Position numbers and translations under genes: made by a program. From Negaprion brevirostris (Eukaryota): 64,000 bases of DNA. This document shows positions 39,292 to 50,569 of the stretch, in pieces; the first letter of the stretch is position 1, and the number at the start of each line of letters is the position of its first letter. The notes below the pieces were generated by a model, which worked only from the letters and a program-made list of their open reading frames with translations, had not been told where the DNA came from and did no database searches. The stretch is from the NCBI GenBank assembly GCA_030324005.1, contig JARDVH010000169.1:10958997-11022996 (forward strand). The letters are read 5' to 3'.

Positions 39292-39603
39292 TTATTCCTT
39301 CACTGGATGTGGGCATCTCTGGTTAGACTGGCCTTTATTACCTAATTTTAACTGCACTGAAGAAGGTGGTGATAAATTGCTTTCTTGAACTGCTGTACTC
39401 TGTGCATAGGTATATCCTCACTACTGTCAAGAGATCAGTTACAGGATTTTGACCCAGCGAAACAAAAGGGACAGCAAAAAAAACCCCAGGTCAGGATGGT
39501 GTGTGATTGGAGGGAAACTAAGTGATATTCTTATATTTCTGCTACCATTGCCTCTTCAGCTGCTAGAGGTTGTTGGCATGGAAGGTGCTATCGAAGGGCC
39601 TTA
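39292..39603 (-). mobile_element. LINE 3' end (family of 50570-55705), ending at a gap
   Basis: TTATTCCTTCACTGGATGTGGGCATCTCTGG...GAGAAGGTGGTG...TTCTTGAACTGCTG...CAGGATTTTGACCCAGCGA. Confidence 0.75.
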
Positions 39604-39642
39604 NNNNNNNNNNNNNNNNNNNNNNNNNNNNNNNNNNNNNNN

Positions 39643-39855
39643 AAGGGGGCGGGCGGGCAAGAGCGCGAGCAGGAAGGGAGTGGGTGAGCGCAAGCGCGAG
39701 CAGCAAAGGGGTGGGTGAGCAGGCGGGCACAAGGGGGAGAGAGAAAGAGTGTGAGTTAATGTGGGAAAGACAATTTGAGCCAGCATGTGCATGCCTGCAA
39801 GTGCACGCATTTGAGAGAGAGAGAGAGAGAGAAAGAGAGTGTGTTTGTGTGTGGG
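39643..39855. repeat. GC/purine-rich degenerate minisatellite followed by (GA)n/(GT)n microsatellite
   Basis: Two ~30-bp units GCAAG..CGCGAGCAG.AA.GG.GTGGGTGAGC next to an N gap; (GA)n at ~39813-39839. Confidence 0.75.
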
Positions 39856-40457
39856 CTGCCATGCACCAACAAACTCACCTACTCATGCCTTGGGTGAGGA
39901 TGAGTTAATAACTACTCAGACTGACAGTGAGGTGAAAACAATTTGACCCTTTTGCATTCTCATTGTCACCTTTATTAATTATTCAATTTTGAATGAATGA
40001 TTTATTGCTTTGCTTTTGCTTTATTTTTGTTCAGTAAGTTGTTTCTTTTGTTCGTGCCTCAGTGTCTTATTGAAATTCATGTTTAATGTTGTGCCAAAAC
40101 TTGTCTTTTCAAATTTTCCTCACCAGCCCTTTGAGTGAGAAAAAAACTGAAATGTGACCCCTCACATGGAAAGGTTGGGCAAACCTCGTCCAGTACTATA
40201 CCTAATGGCAGCTGCTGAACAGGAAAGCCACACATCCAACCTTTACATGTGCACAAAATAAACTCCAGCACTGCTTTCTCCAGAAAATAAGAAAATCATT
40301 TTGATCACAGTTCCTCCCGAGGTGATATTGTCACCTCATTTATCTTATTACAAACGCTACAAGGCTGTGGGAGTTGCAGCACAATAAACATAGAATAAGC
40401 AACTTTAGCTAGAAGCAGATCATCTTTCTTAGTTGAACGGGAATTGGAAATAATCTA

Positions 40458-40670
<213 letters not shown>

Positions 40671-42106
40671 TCATCCTCATTACGCGCTGAGCAAGTTGTC
40701 ATAGACTGTTTTGTAATCATGAATAGAATGTACACCTGCACACACATTCTAAAGGTTAAACCAGTGGCAGTAAGCATAATGGTCAACTTGTATTACTTAT
40801 GTTTAGCACCATTATAATATTGATCATATTTACTTTATACCAAGCTTTCTATACAATGCGCGTTCTGCAATGCTGACATTCGTGCAACCTTGCTGTCCAA
40901 AAATTGGCTGCTGTATTTACTGATCTAACAACAGTAACTGTATCTAATTGGCCATGAAAGGCACTATACAAATGCAAATTCTCATTTTCATTAAATTGGG
41001 TACGAGAAACAGACCACCTTTATATGATCTTTTAATAGTTTCACTTCATGATCCAACAAATATGGAAAATATTGTAAACATATCCTGTTAACAGAAGAAA
41101 ATTTCTTTTAAAAATACAACATAATTCCATGCCCACTTTCGCCATCTCAGTACAGAAAGGAATAAGCAAGACAGGCATGAAGGGAATACACAAGGGTGAA
41201 TAAATTTGATTTCACATTTGGATTTGGACGAAGGTTTTACACTGACCAAAGCCAAGACTGGCTACGATTTGCACAAAATGAATTTCAACCGTAGGAATCA
41301 AATTCCTAGGAAATGTGCAAAGACTCCTTACATTTCTGAGGCAAAGCCTTGGCCAATGGAGACTATGCATTTCAGAGTACAAAGGATCCTGAAACTTCCA
41401 GCAAACTTAATAGGTGAGAAAGAGCAGAACCAAAGCTCTGCTCAGGTTTAAATTGCCTGACGTTCATCTGCAGTGTCTCTACTGGAACTTCTGCATTTGT
41501 GTCTACTACAAAACTATTTATCTCTACAAGCTTCTCTCATATGGAAGTCAGCACTACTGGAAAAGTGGATGACCCCAAATCAGCTTCAGCCAGCCAACCT
41601 ACCTCTCTGAAGGAATATACCATTGGACTTTTGATTATGGTCTCTGGACTTATGTGAAAAAATAATTTTTATTTTGTCTCAGGTCTTTGCCCTGTTCCTC
41701 TTTCTTTCCCTTACCCCCCTTTTCACTGCACGAATGCAAAAAGGAGGGGATGTTGCGAACCCTCTTCCACATTTTGAGTGTATGTAAAGTAAATTAAACC
41801 TCTAATCTTAACGCTCCCTGGGGATTGCTGTTGGGTTAGGAGGATTTGATCACTGCAAAGCTGAAAGACTGGAGGAAAATGCAACACCCGCAACAGGGAA
41901 ACTGAAAAAAAAACTGTTCATTTACGGGTGGTGAGAGAAGAAATCAAGGCTGTTTTAAATTAAACTCCTTCACCGAAACAGTATGTATCTTTCCAACAAA
42001 TTGAGAGAAAGACCATTAAGTGTGGAGTGTAGGAAGGCTGGTTGAAGGAAATTTGTGGAAGACAGTTTAGGAATTTGAAACTGCTGATAAAATAGGGAAT
42101 GGGAGA

Positions 42107-42425
42107 TTTTTTTTAAACTTTATTCCAATCCAATCCAATCAAATAAAATCCAATTCAGAGTCCCAACAAGTTGGGACATTCCCAATCCAAGCTGACAAGA
42201 CAGGGCTCTCACCCCCTGTCTTGGGCTTTATCTACATGATCCAAGCAGATTGGAGTAGGTATAGTTCCTCCTCCAAGACTTGATCTCATTTGCATCTTAG
42301 CCAGAAGGCCGAGGTGCCGCTTGAAAAAATTGCTTCAGATGAAGCTAAAATGTGACCCAATGACTTCAACCAAGTACAGCTTGTCGATACTACACTTGAT
42401 CTTAGCTGAAAGGCCAAGAAGCGAT
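42107..42425 (-). mobile_element. U2 snRNA-headed short retroposon (SINEU-like or Keno/Tx1-associated non-autonomous element) with AATAAA + poly(A)
   Basis: Minus strand begins with U2 nt 1-40, has an internal U2 stem-loop I-like copy, two perfect inverted repeats, (TTGGA)3, AATAAA (42124-42119) and A8 (42114-42107). Confidence 0.75.
42386..42425 (-). pseudogene. U2 snRNA 5' fragment (nt 1-40)
   Basis: ATCGCTTCTTGGCCTTTCAGCTAAGATCAAGTGTAGTATC vs vertebrate U2 ATCGCTTCTCGGCCTTTTGGCTAAGATCAAGTGTAGTATC: 37/40 identical, including the branch-point recognition GTAGTA. Confidence 0.95.
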
Positions 42426-43289
42426 TCCTAGATGAGTTGGTCCCCAAGAGCTTGGCCAGATAGGGCTGTCATGGTCACTGCCTCTCCTCTTAGTGAACTT
42501 GCTGGTTTAGAAAAGATGGTATGGGTTGGTTCCTATGACAGCAAGGCTGTACTGCACAAAAAAGCAAATCTCAATACAACCTCCGTATTGCACTGCAATA
42601 ATATTTCAGAATAATGGAAGCTATTTTTGAGGCCAACAACTGTTTGCCCGCTCCTTTGTACAGTCTCCTAACTGGAGTCATGAGCAATGCCTGGAGCACT
42701 TGACCCTTGTCAACCTATAGCCCCCCTGGATCTTGACAGCCTCATTGAAATAATAGCGACACAGAGGACTTGCACAGAATGAAAGAGTTATGACTGTCCA
42801 CAGGATAGTGAGCACAAACCTGCAAGACGTGTGGCCCGCAGCTGCAAACGAATTTTATTCTGAAGGTATGGAATCCCCTCAAACTGATAAGTAGTCTGGC
42901 CTATTGATGGGGGGGAATATATAGGGCAGTGTACATGCAGTCAATGGCATCTTACAAGGTGAAGTATGCAACAATTTTATGTCATCTCATAGTATTCTCT
43001 GCCTGATTGTCAAAGACAGTATTTTCTCTACCCCGATTTGAAATTGGGAGTTATGGCTGCAGTAGCTCAGTAACAGCCTCCTTGCGAAAGTGAAGCTATT
43101 TCATACATTGCTCCTCTGCCAAGCTGAAGCTGGAGAAGTGATCTTTGAAGACCATCTGTGCATATGGTTTCCTGTTCATGCCCTTCTCTTCTGGCAGCTT
43201 CCCCCGCTCTGTGGCGTCTTCCTTGCCAATCCCCACTGTACTCAATATTAAAAGGCAGCATTACCAGGCCACCCACATATAGACAGAAA

Positions 43290-43450
43290 AACAAATGACG
43301 GCAGATGTTGAAAACATCAAATAAAAACAAAAGCTGGAAGCACTCGGCAGGTCCGGCAGCATCTGTAGAGAGAAAAACATAACTTCTGACACACCTAGAA
43401 CATTAACTCTGATTCTCTCTCCACTAATGCTGCTGGACCTGCTGAGCATT
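43290..43450. mobile_element. Short palindromic repeat element (probably Penelope-derived)
   Basis: GCACTCGGCAGGTCCGGCAGCATCTGTAGAGAGAA ... TTCTCTCTCCACTAATGCTGCTGGACCTGCTGAGC inverted arms; homologous to 59326-59494 and ~32560-32678. Confidence 0.65.
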
Positions 43451-43749
43451 GTACCCTTAAAACAACAACAGCTGTGCGAAAGCAGCCAAATTCCTCTCCG
43501 TGCAGACAAAGTAAACTTTGAAGAGTGCTAAAACAAAGCAGAAGTGGTCAAAAGTCAAACAGCAATTAGCTTTCATGACCTCTTTAAATAGTGCTGGTGA
43601 GAAGGGCTTCATATCCGTTGGTGTCCCACTGTGCGAAACAAAGTCAGCAGCACATGGTGGTTGAATCGTTAGGCAGGCTGATATGCTACGCTGGTCCTGC
43701 AAATGACGAAGGAGCCTGACCTGCATAATTTGTTCCTCTAAGTAATAAC

Positions 43750-44720
43750 TGGTTGTTTTTCAAACTGGAGAAAGATTTACAGTGGAGGCTTCCAGGGATC
43801 ACTGTTGGGGCCCATGCTCTGATGTTCAGGGCATGATTTCAAAATTTGAAAATGATAAGATGATTGGAAGCTGTGACAAAGATAGTCTCGAATTTCAATA
43901 GGGCATAGGCCTATTGGTGGATTGGGCAGAAAAGTGGCAGATGAAATTCTTTGCAGAAATATGAGAGGCAATTCATGTTGGCAGAAGGATTTTGATGAGA
44001 CAGCATGAAATCAATGGAGGAACTCAAAGAGATGTAGGAAAAGAGGGACTTTTGTGCACGTTTACTTCAGTCATTGAAGATGGCAAGGCATGTTGAGAGG
44101 GCAATCAATAAAGCATGTGGTGTCTTAGGCTACATTAAAAGGGGCACTGAGTACAAACATAAGATCATGTTGCAATTGTACATGACACTAGTTGGGCCTC
44201 TCCTGGGGTATTCTGTCCAGTTCCAGGCAGCATATTTCAGGAAGGATGTGGAGGCACTGGATAGTGTACACAAGAGATTCGTAAGAATGATTCCAAAGAG
44301 GAAGAACTGAAACTGAGAATAGATTGGGGAGCCTATTTTCCTTGAAGAGAAGGCTGAAAGGAAACTTGAGAGAGGTGTTAAGTTCCTAAGGCGTATGGAC
44401 AGGATAGTGAGAAACTGTTTCCACTCGAGAGCATCAAGGACTAGATTGTCAAACTAATTGGCAAAAGGAATTAAAGTGACATGGCTTTTTTTTTTATCAA
44501 GAGGGTGGTTGGAGAAGAGAATGAAATTCCTGAGAGTGGTGGTGATCGATTCGATATAGAGCTGTTCAGAAGGGAACTGGACTGCTGTCTGAAAAGACGG
44601 AACATGCAAGATTACAGGGATAAGGCAGGGCAGGGGGATTAGGCAGCAGTCAGAGAGCCAATGCAGACTTGATGGGCCAAATGGCCTCATTTTGCATTGT
44701 AAAAGTTGTGATTCTATGAA
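43750..44720 (+). mobile_element. Decayed CR1 LINE 3' ~1 kb
   Basis: SG..QGSLLGP, W..KWQMKF, ORF MKMARHVERAINKACGVLGYIKRGTEYK...LYMTLVGPLLGYSVQF...FRKDVEAL..V.KRF.RMIP, tail ...GATGGGCCAAATGGCCTC...GATTCTATGA. Confidence 0.88.
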
Positions 44721-45424
44721 GTCCTTTCAGTGAATACAACCATCTTCTCCCAAAGTGATGAAAAGATCCACATCTGCCAGTTGTATGTTGGCAAAAAATG
44801 TTGCTCACGCTATGTTATTCCCTTTTACATTAGAGAGAGTATTAGAACAGAAATTCTTCTTTAGAATTTATCCTCCATCAATGACAATGGCATCTGGCAT
44901 GGCACAAATTTTTTTTTTGGTATACAGGATCCCAGAAGTTCTAGCTTTTATTCACCATTCTGTTATTGCTAAAGTTCATTTTTCAATCATTAGGCTCTTA
45001 AAAGATGAAAGAGGTCAGTATCCTCCTGATAACTCATTAGACAATCAGGCATTTCTTCCAACCTTGAATGTCACGAGGTAAAACTAACTTACTGGCAAAA
45101 ATTCATCTGTTCACCTTCCCAATCCAGCAGTGTGAATAAGAAAATGACTCTTTTTTTTATTCTTCCTGTCATATTTGTTACTTAATCTTCTGATCGTCAT
45201 TTACAAAAATGTATGATTTTGGCCACAGAAATGAATGCAAGTTACAAACATTACTCAATTTTCAGTAAAGGAATAGTCACTTTTATTCATTTTAGCACAT
45301 GGTGCCTAATATGCTGCACTACTGAGTAGTCACACGTGTTTTTATCTACTCTCCACTCAACTTAATTCTTCACATCTTACAGAAATTGGAAACTTAATCA
45401 AAACGGTGACCTGTTTAATCAATA

Positions 45425-45923
45425 TGATGTGGAGATGCTGGCATTGGACTGGGATGGGCATAGTAAGAAGTCTCACAACACCAGGTTAAAGTCAAGCAGG
45501 TTTATTTGGAATCATGAGCTTTTGGAGTGCTGCTCCTTCAACAGGTGAGTGGAAAGTTGGGTTCACAAACAGGGCATACATACACAAAGACTCATTTGCA
45601 AGATAATGGTTGGAATGCGAGTCTTCACAGGTAATCAAGTCTTCACAGGCACAGACAATGCAAGTGGAGAGGCGCTCAAAACAATTCACACCTCTTTAAC
45701 CTGTGATTAAAACTCTCCCCACTCACATTGTCCGTACCTGTGAAGACTTGTTTACCTGTAAAAATTCGTACTCTAACCATTATCGTGCAATTGAGTCTTT
45801 GTCTATATCTGCCCTGTCTGTAAACGCAACTCTCCACTCACCTGAAGGAGCGGCGCTCCAAAAACTCGTGATTCCAAATAAATCTTGGCCTTTAACCTGG
45901 TGTTGTGAGACTTCTTACTGTAC
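45425..45923. mobile_element. Penelope-like element remnant: ~210-bp inverted pseudo-LTR arms with decayed hammerhead cores
   Basis: Arms ~45462-45671 and ~45714-45919. Imperfect TSD TTAATCAATA (45415-45424) / TTAATTAATA (45924-45933). Same 5' start (TGA.GTGGAGATGC.GGC.TTGGACT) as 27352. Confidence 0.8.
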
Positions 45924-46024
45924 TTAATTAATACAAATGTGTTGATTGGTGAGACATGGCAACACTGTCCCCCTATCCCCTTCCACAAGGCATTACTTTA
46001 TGCTACCATGATAATTATAATACA

Positions 46025-46170
46025 GGAAAATGGAGGAAAGAGGAAAGGTTGGAAAAGGGAGCATGAAAGGAGAGATGGGTTGGGTGAGGGATGAGGAGGA
46101 GAAGAGGGGGCAGAAAGGAGGCAGGATGGAGGACGGTATGAAGAACGAGGGAGAGAGGAACATGGAAATT
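46025..46170 (+). repeat. Purine-rich low-complexity tract
   Basis: Predominantly G/A over ~145 bp. Confidence 0.7.
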
Positions 46171-46845
46171 GAGTCTAGAGTGGACTGTGCTTTCCTGTAT
46201 TATACATCTACTGTTCACAGCCTACCGTTGTGGAATAGCAATACATGTGAAGATAGTAATAGTAACTTCTCCGGAACTTGTTATAGTGTAGTCTAATTGC
46301 ACAATTGATTTTTTTTGGCAGTTCATAGATTACTATGCAGTTTTAATATTGTTACAAGTTTGTAATTCTTCCCTGCACATCAATTGCATTTGGTCACATT
46401 TTTCTAAACTTTATCCAGATACATTAACATCCAATATTCGCCTTGCCTTTTCTGTAACCTGAAATATTGTGCCCAGTGAAGCTAGACAAAGAAATAACTC
46501 AGGAAGCTATTACTGCTGACATGGAACGGATGAGTTTCCTGACAAGAAAATATTGTTTGAACTATTTTTGTGCGTGCATGTACACTCCCCTGTTTAGAAA
46601 TGCCAGAAGTCATGGAAAATTAAATTTGCAGCAACAAACAGCTCAGTAAGTGGCACTTTTGATCTTTATGACATGGCATAACAATATTATAACAGATGAG
46701 TCTTATCTTGAGGCTGACAACTGAATTTACAACCTACCAGTGAAATCACCCACTAGTACTCAACCAAGTTGCTTGGTAAAACATAATTAAAATGGAAAAA
46801 AATGAAGTAAGCTTTTTTTGGAGGGGCAGGCCAACTTTCCAATGT

Positions 46846-47674
46846 TGCAATATCCCTTCAAAATCACCTTATGAAATGGCATGGTCAGAATATTCTTCAG
46901 GGCCTACCTTTTCTTTAGGGAGCTATGAAAGACTGTGCACTGCTGTGGTATCAGCAATGAAGTAAACTATTTTTGTAAGACTTCTTTTGAAGCAAAAGAT
47001 GGGAAAGCTGATCGACTAATGCATGGTAGACTTTTCAAAATAGTTTCAGAAGGTTAAAGTAAGAATCCTTGGTGGTCACTGAAGAATATAAGGTGGAAAT
47101 TCGGCTCATTTAGTAAATTTGTTTCAGATAGAGGCAAGTATAAAAACTTCTAATTACATTTTTTCAAAGACTAGATGCGCAACAAAACTATTAACTGAGC
47201 CATATAGGTGGTCCTAAATTACTGCTTTGGTATTGAATGAATCAAATAATGCTCACTTTTTCACTAATCCCCAGCAGCATAACGACCTTGTCAAAAAGAC
47301 AATGGCAGAATCCCTATTTTCTGACTACACGTCAAACAACAAATATCTTCTTCCACAAGTCGAATACAGTTTCCAGAAAAATACACCAATCTTTATCACA
47401 CTAACAGCTAGGATGGAAGCCCTTCCAAATTCCAAAATGTAAAGTATCAAATTACTTTTCTGATATGTGGACACATAGATATATTCTGTGGAAGCTGAGG
47501 CCAGAATAATTAGCTTTCCCATTTCTTGCTCCAAAGGAAGTCTTACAAAAATAGTTTTCTTCATTGCTGATTCCAAAGCAGTGTAGTCTTTTATAGCTCG
47601 CTAAAGAAAAAGGTAGGCCTTGAAGAACATTCTGATCATGCCATTTCATAAGCTGATTTCAAAGGGATATTGCA
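46846..47674. repeat. Long inverted repeat: arms 46846-47012 and 47509-47674 (~167 bp)
   Basis: TGCAATATCCCTT...ATGAAATGGCATG...GGCCTACCTTTT...TCAGCAATGAAG.AAACTATTTTTGTAAGACTTC...GGGAAAGCT matches the reverse complement of the right arm (roughly 80-85% by eye). Confidence 0.92.
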
Positions 47675-49116
47675 GTAACCTGATTACCAGCCTTCCAGAT
47701 ACATATTTTGCCAGTTCAAGAATGAATGGATCTGGAGAGATCAGCAAGATCTCTGCTCCCTGCATCTCAACTTGCACTTGTTTTCGTATGTAGGCACGAT
47801 TTTAAGCTGAACAATTTCATAGTCTTTATTCTCCCTGAAACGATACAGAATTCACACGGTTGTGCTCAGTGTCGGAAGAAAGTAATTTGCTCCATTTCAC
47901 ACTAAATTTAAACTCAACTATGTTTACTATACAAAATAAGTACAAACAGTTCAGAAAATGAACCATTTTCTCATGTGAAGAGGTTAGAAATGCAGATCGA
48001 GATCCTCTGGGAATTTTCTTTTCGACTGCTACGATCTTAGCTGAAATCCTGGATAAAAGGTGCTTATCTGCTCATCAGTTCAAAAGGTTGCTCAATCCAA
48101 ATCATTAGTTTAATCCACGAACATCTTTGAATCAATGCTGGTTTTTAAATAAAGCAATATGTATTCTTCATCTGGTATTTTATCTGGATATTTCAGAAAA
48201 CGTAACCTTGGACGACTGGATTTATGTTTCCGTTTCTTGTGCCTTTTTCTAATTTCTTGCTAATATATCATGGAAAATTCACATATTAAGCTTTTGCAAT
48301 GCTCAAAGACACCCTATTTTGGAGTTGAAAATAGAAATGCTGAATCAAAATATTTCCTCGAAAACTTATCAACCTAACCCACCCAGGCTGGGATATATTA
48401 AATAAGCAGAGATGCAGAATGTTAAAATCCATTTTCCTGCACTAATAGTCAGTTAAGCTTTTAAATTCATGAGTTATTGCCTTATTCTGGAGCAAGTCAC
48501 AAGGTGTCATACACATTGATGTTTTGATTCTGGCTACAGGAACACTGAAATATTTCACTCACTTCTCTAATATTTTATGAAACTATTTCTCTCAGTGCTA
48601 AACATCGAAATGATCCATTGTTGTTTCAGAAGACTCATTGCTAGCTTTTATGGGAAATCTGTATTCTTATTTGTTATAAAACAGACGTGGAAAGAAATTT
48701 GTCAACTAAAGACAAATACAGTAATCATGACGTGGTTAAAATCCATTACCTAGACACTATTTCATTTACTGCACAAACTAATTTGACCTTTATTGAATTA
48801 GAAATAGTGTTAAACATGTCAAGCAGATACGTTAATCAAATTAACTCAAGTCAATTACTGTGATCTTAAAAATTATTTGAAAAATGTGTAAAATCCAGTT
48901 TTACTTTTCACTTTATACAATTCTACATAATACAATGTCAATTGCTTAAGTTTAGATAGAAGAGGTCACCTACAAACTGAATTATCATCTACAAACTAAG
49001 ATAAAGGCTGAAGAAAAATCCAAATTATATTTTAATTCATCTTCACATGATCTCATTCCATGTCACAAAAAAGCAGCTTATCTTGTTGATACCTTCCACT
49101 AATGTACAACTACACC

Positions 49117-49913
49117 AGCTTATCCAGTTGCCATTCAGAGAAGGGATGTAAACAAATGTGCAAAGGTGCACATCCAGTTTAGCAGTTAAATTCAATCACC
49201 AGCATTGAGAAAAAGATGGATCGCAGTTGATCAACAAGATACCCAAAGAACTACTACAATTCAGCCAATTTGGAATGAACACCAATATTAGAAAATCCGT
49301 CAATACAACTAATAACCATAAAAAGTTTACTAATTGTACCTTTCTAAGCTGTTTTTAATAAATGAGACAGGTAGTTAATTCTCTCTTTGTATTTTGGTCT
49401 CCAGTTTTAAGAACCTTCATTTAGGTGATAAATTGTGTGTAAAAAAAAGTGCAACTCTAAAGTAGTTTAACAATACAATAAGGCCTCTTTTTCTGAATAA
49501 TATTAAGTTCCATAACCAACAGGGTAAGCATCTACAGAAAAGCAAAAAAAAAGTGAAATTTAAATACAACCCCTGTGAATATGCAACCTTGAAAATTTGT
49601 CTCATGGGTGTATTATTCAGAAACTGGTTGTGCTCTACTTGAACAGCAGTTTACCCTGACAATGGTTCTCTTTAGGAGGGCAAGCTTATCCAGTTGCCAT
49701 TCACAGAAGAGGTGCAAACAGTTGTGCAAAGGTGCACATCCAGTTTAGCAGTCAAATTCAATCAGCAACATATAGAAAAAGCAGGGTGGCGGTTAATCAA
49801 CAAGATACCCAAAGAACTATCACAATTCAGCCAATTTGGAATGAGCACCAATACTAGAAAATCTGTCAATATAACTAATAACCATAAGAAGTTTACTAAC
49901 TGTACCATTCTAA
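49117..49913 (+). repeat. Spaced direct repeat: 49117-49347 and 49683-49913 (~231 bp)
   Basis: Both start AGCTTATCCAGTTGCCATTCA and end GTTTACTAA.TGTACC.TTCTAA; roughly 85% identical by eye; 335-bp spacer. Confidence 0.93.
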
Positions 49914-50329
49914 ACCGGCCAAACGTGACCTAGTCCAAACAAACACATCACATGCAAATCAGCAGAAATTATACGCCACAGCTAAACTGTTTTCAACAGT
50001 AAACTATGGTCCAGGTAAGTTATGTTCTTTTTCAGGCATATGCGAATTAGTACAAGGGTGAACAAGAATCTTAAAGGCTAAAATATAATTCAAGAAATCT
50101 CTTGAACAGAAACTTCAACAGCAAAAAAACTGCAGTTTCTTTCAAGTTATACAAGGGAACAGTCAGTAACCAAGACCCACCAAAGAATTTATACATAGAC
50201 ATAAGATTTTGCAGTCACAATTCAACCTTAATTCATTGGATAACATACTGGGGTTCCTAGCTACATCTGTAGATGACCTTACACACCACATCTCTTTCTG
50301 AACTGGATTGAATTTTTTGCAAGTCTAGG

Positions 50330-50568
50330 CTGTCATTCATACAGACTTCCAGTAGGCATCCGATAAAGCCCCTCATAGGAAACTGTTAGCTAAAGTTGAA
50401 GTTAGTCGAATTAAGAAAAGTGGTTGACCTGGTTAGGAACTTCGCAGCGTGGCAGGAGACAACAGTAGGGCTAATATACAGGACGCGACTAATGGTATCT
50501 CAAGTTAGGGCTCCATCATATTTATAAATGACTTAGATGATGGGATAGAAAGCCACATATGCATGTTT
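50330..50568 (+). mobile_element. Old CR1 RT fragment (5' part of a host element that resumes at ~55706)
   Basis: DF..A.DK.PHRKL..K and IFINDLDDGIESHI words. Confidence 0.7.
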
Positions 50569-50569
50569 A

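Noticed and set aside
38681-39326. Overlapping 138-aa and 96-aa ORFs
   Set aside because: No recognisable domain, splice context or codon bias; consistent with chance ORFs.
41090-41980. LTR-like composition (also ~29780-30670, ~59567-60155, ~62185-62790)
   Set aside because: Could not define matching TG...CA ends with a TSD; needs a repeat-library search.
42386-42425. Functional U2 snRNA gene
   Set aside because: Only nt 1-40 are present, with three substitutions in stem-loop I, no Sm site, and no evident upstream snRNA promoter.
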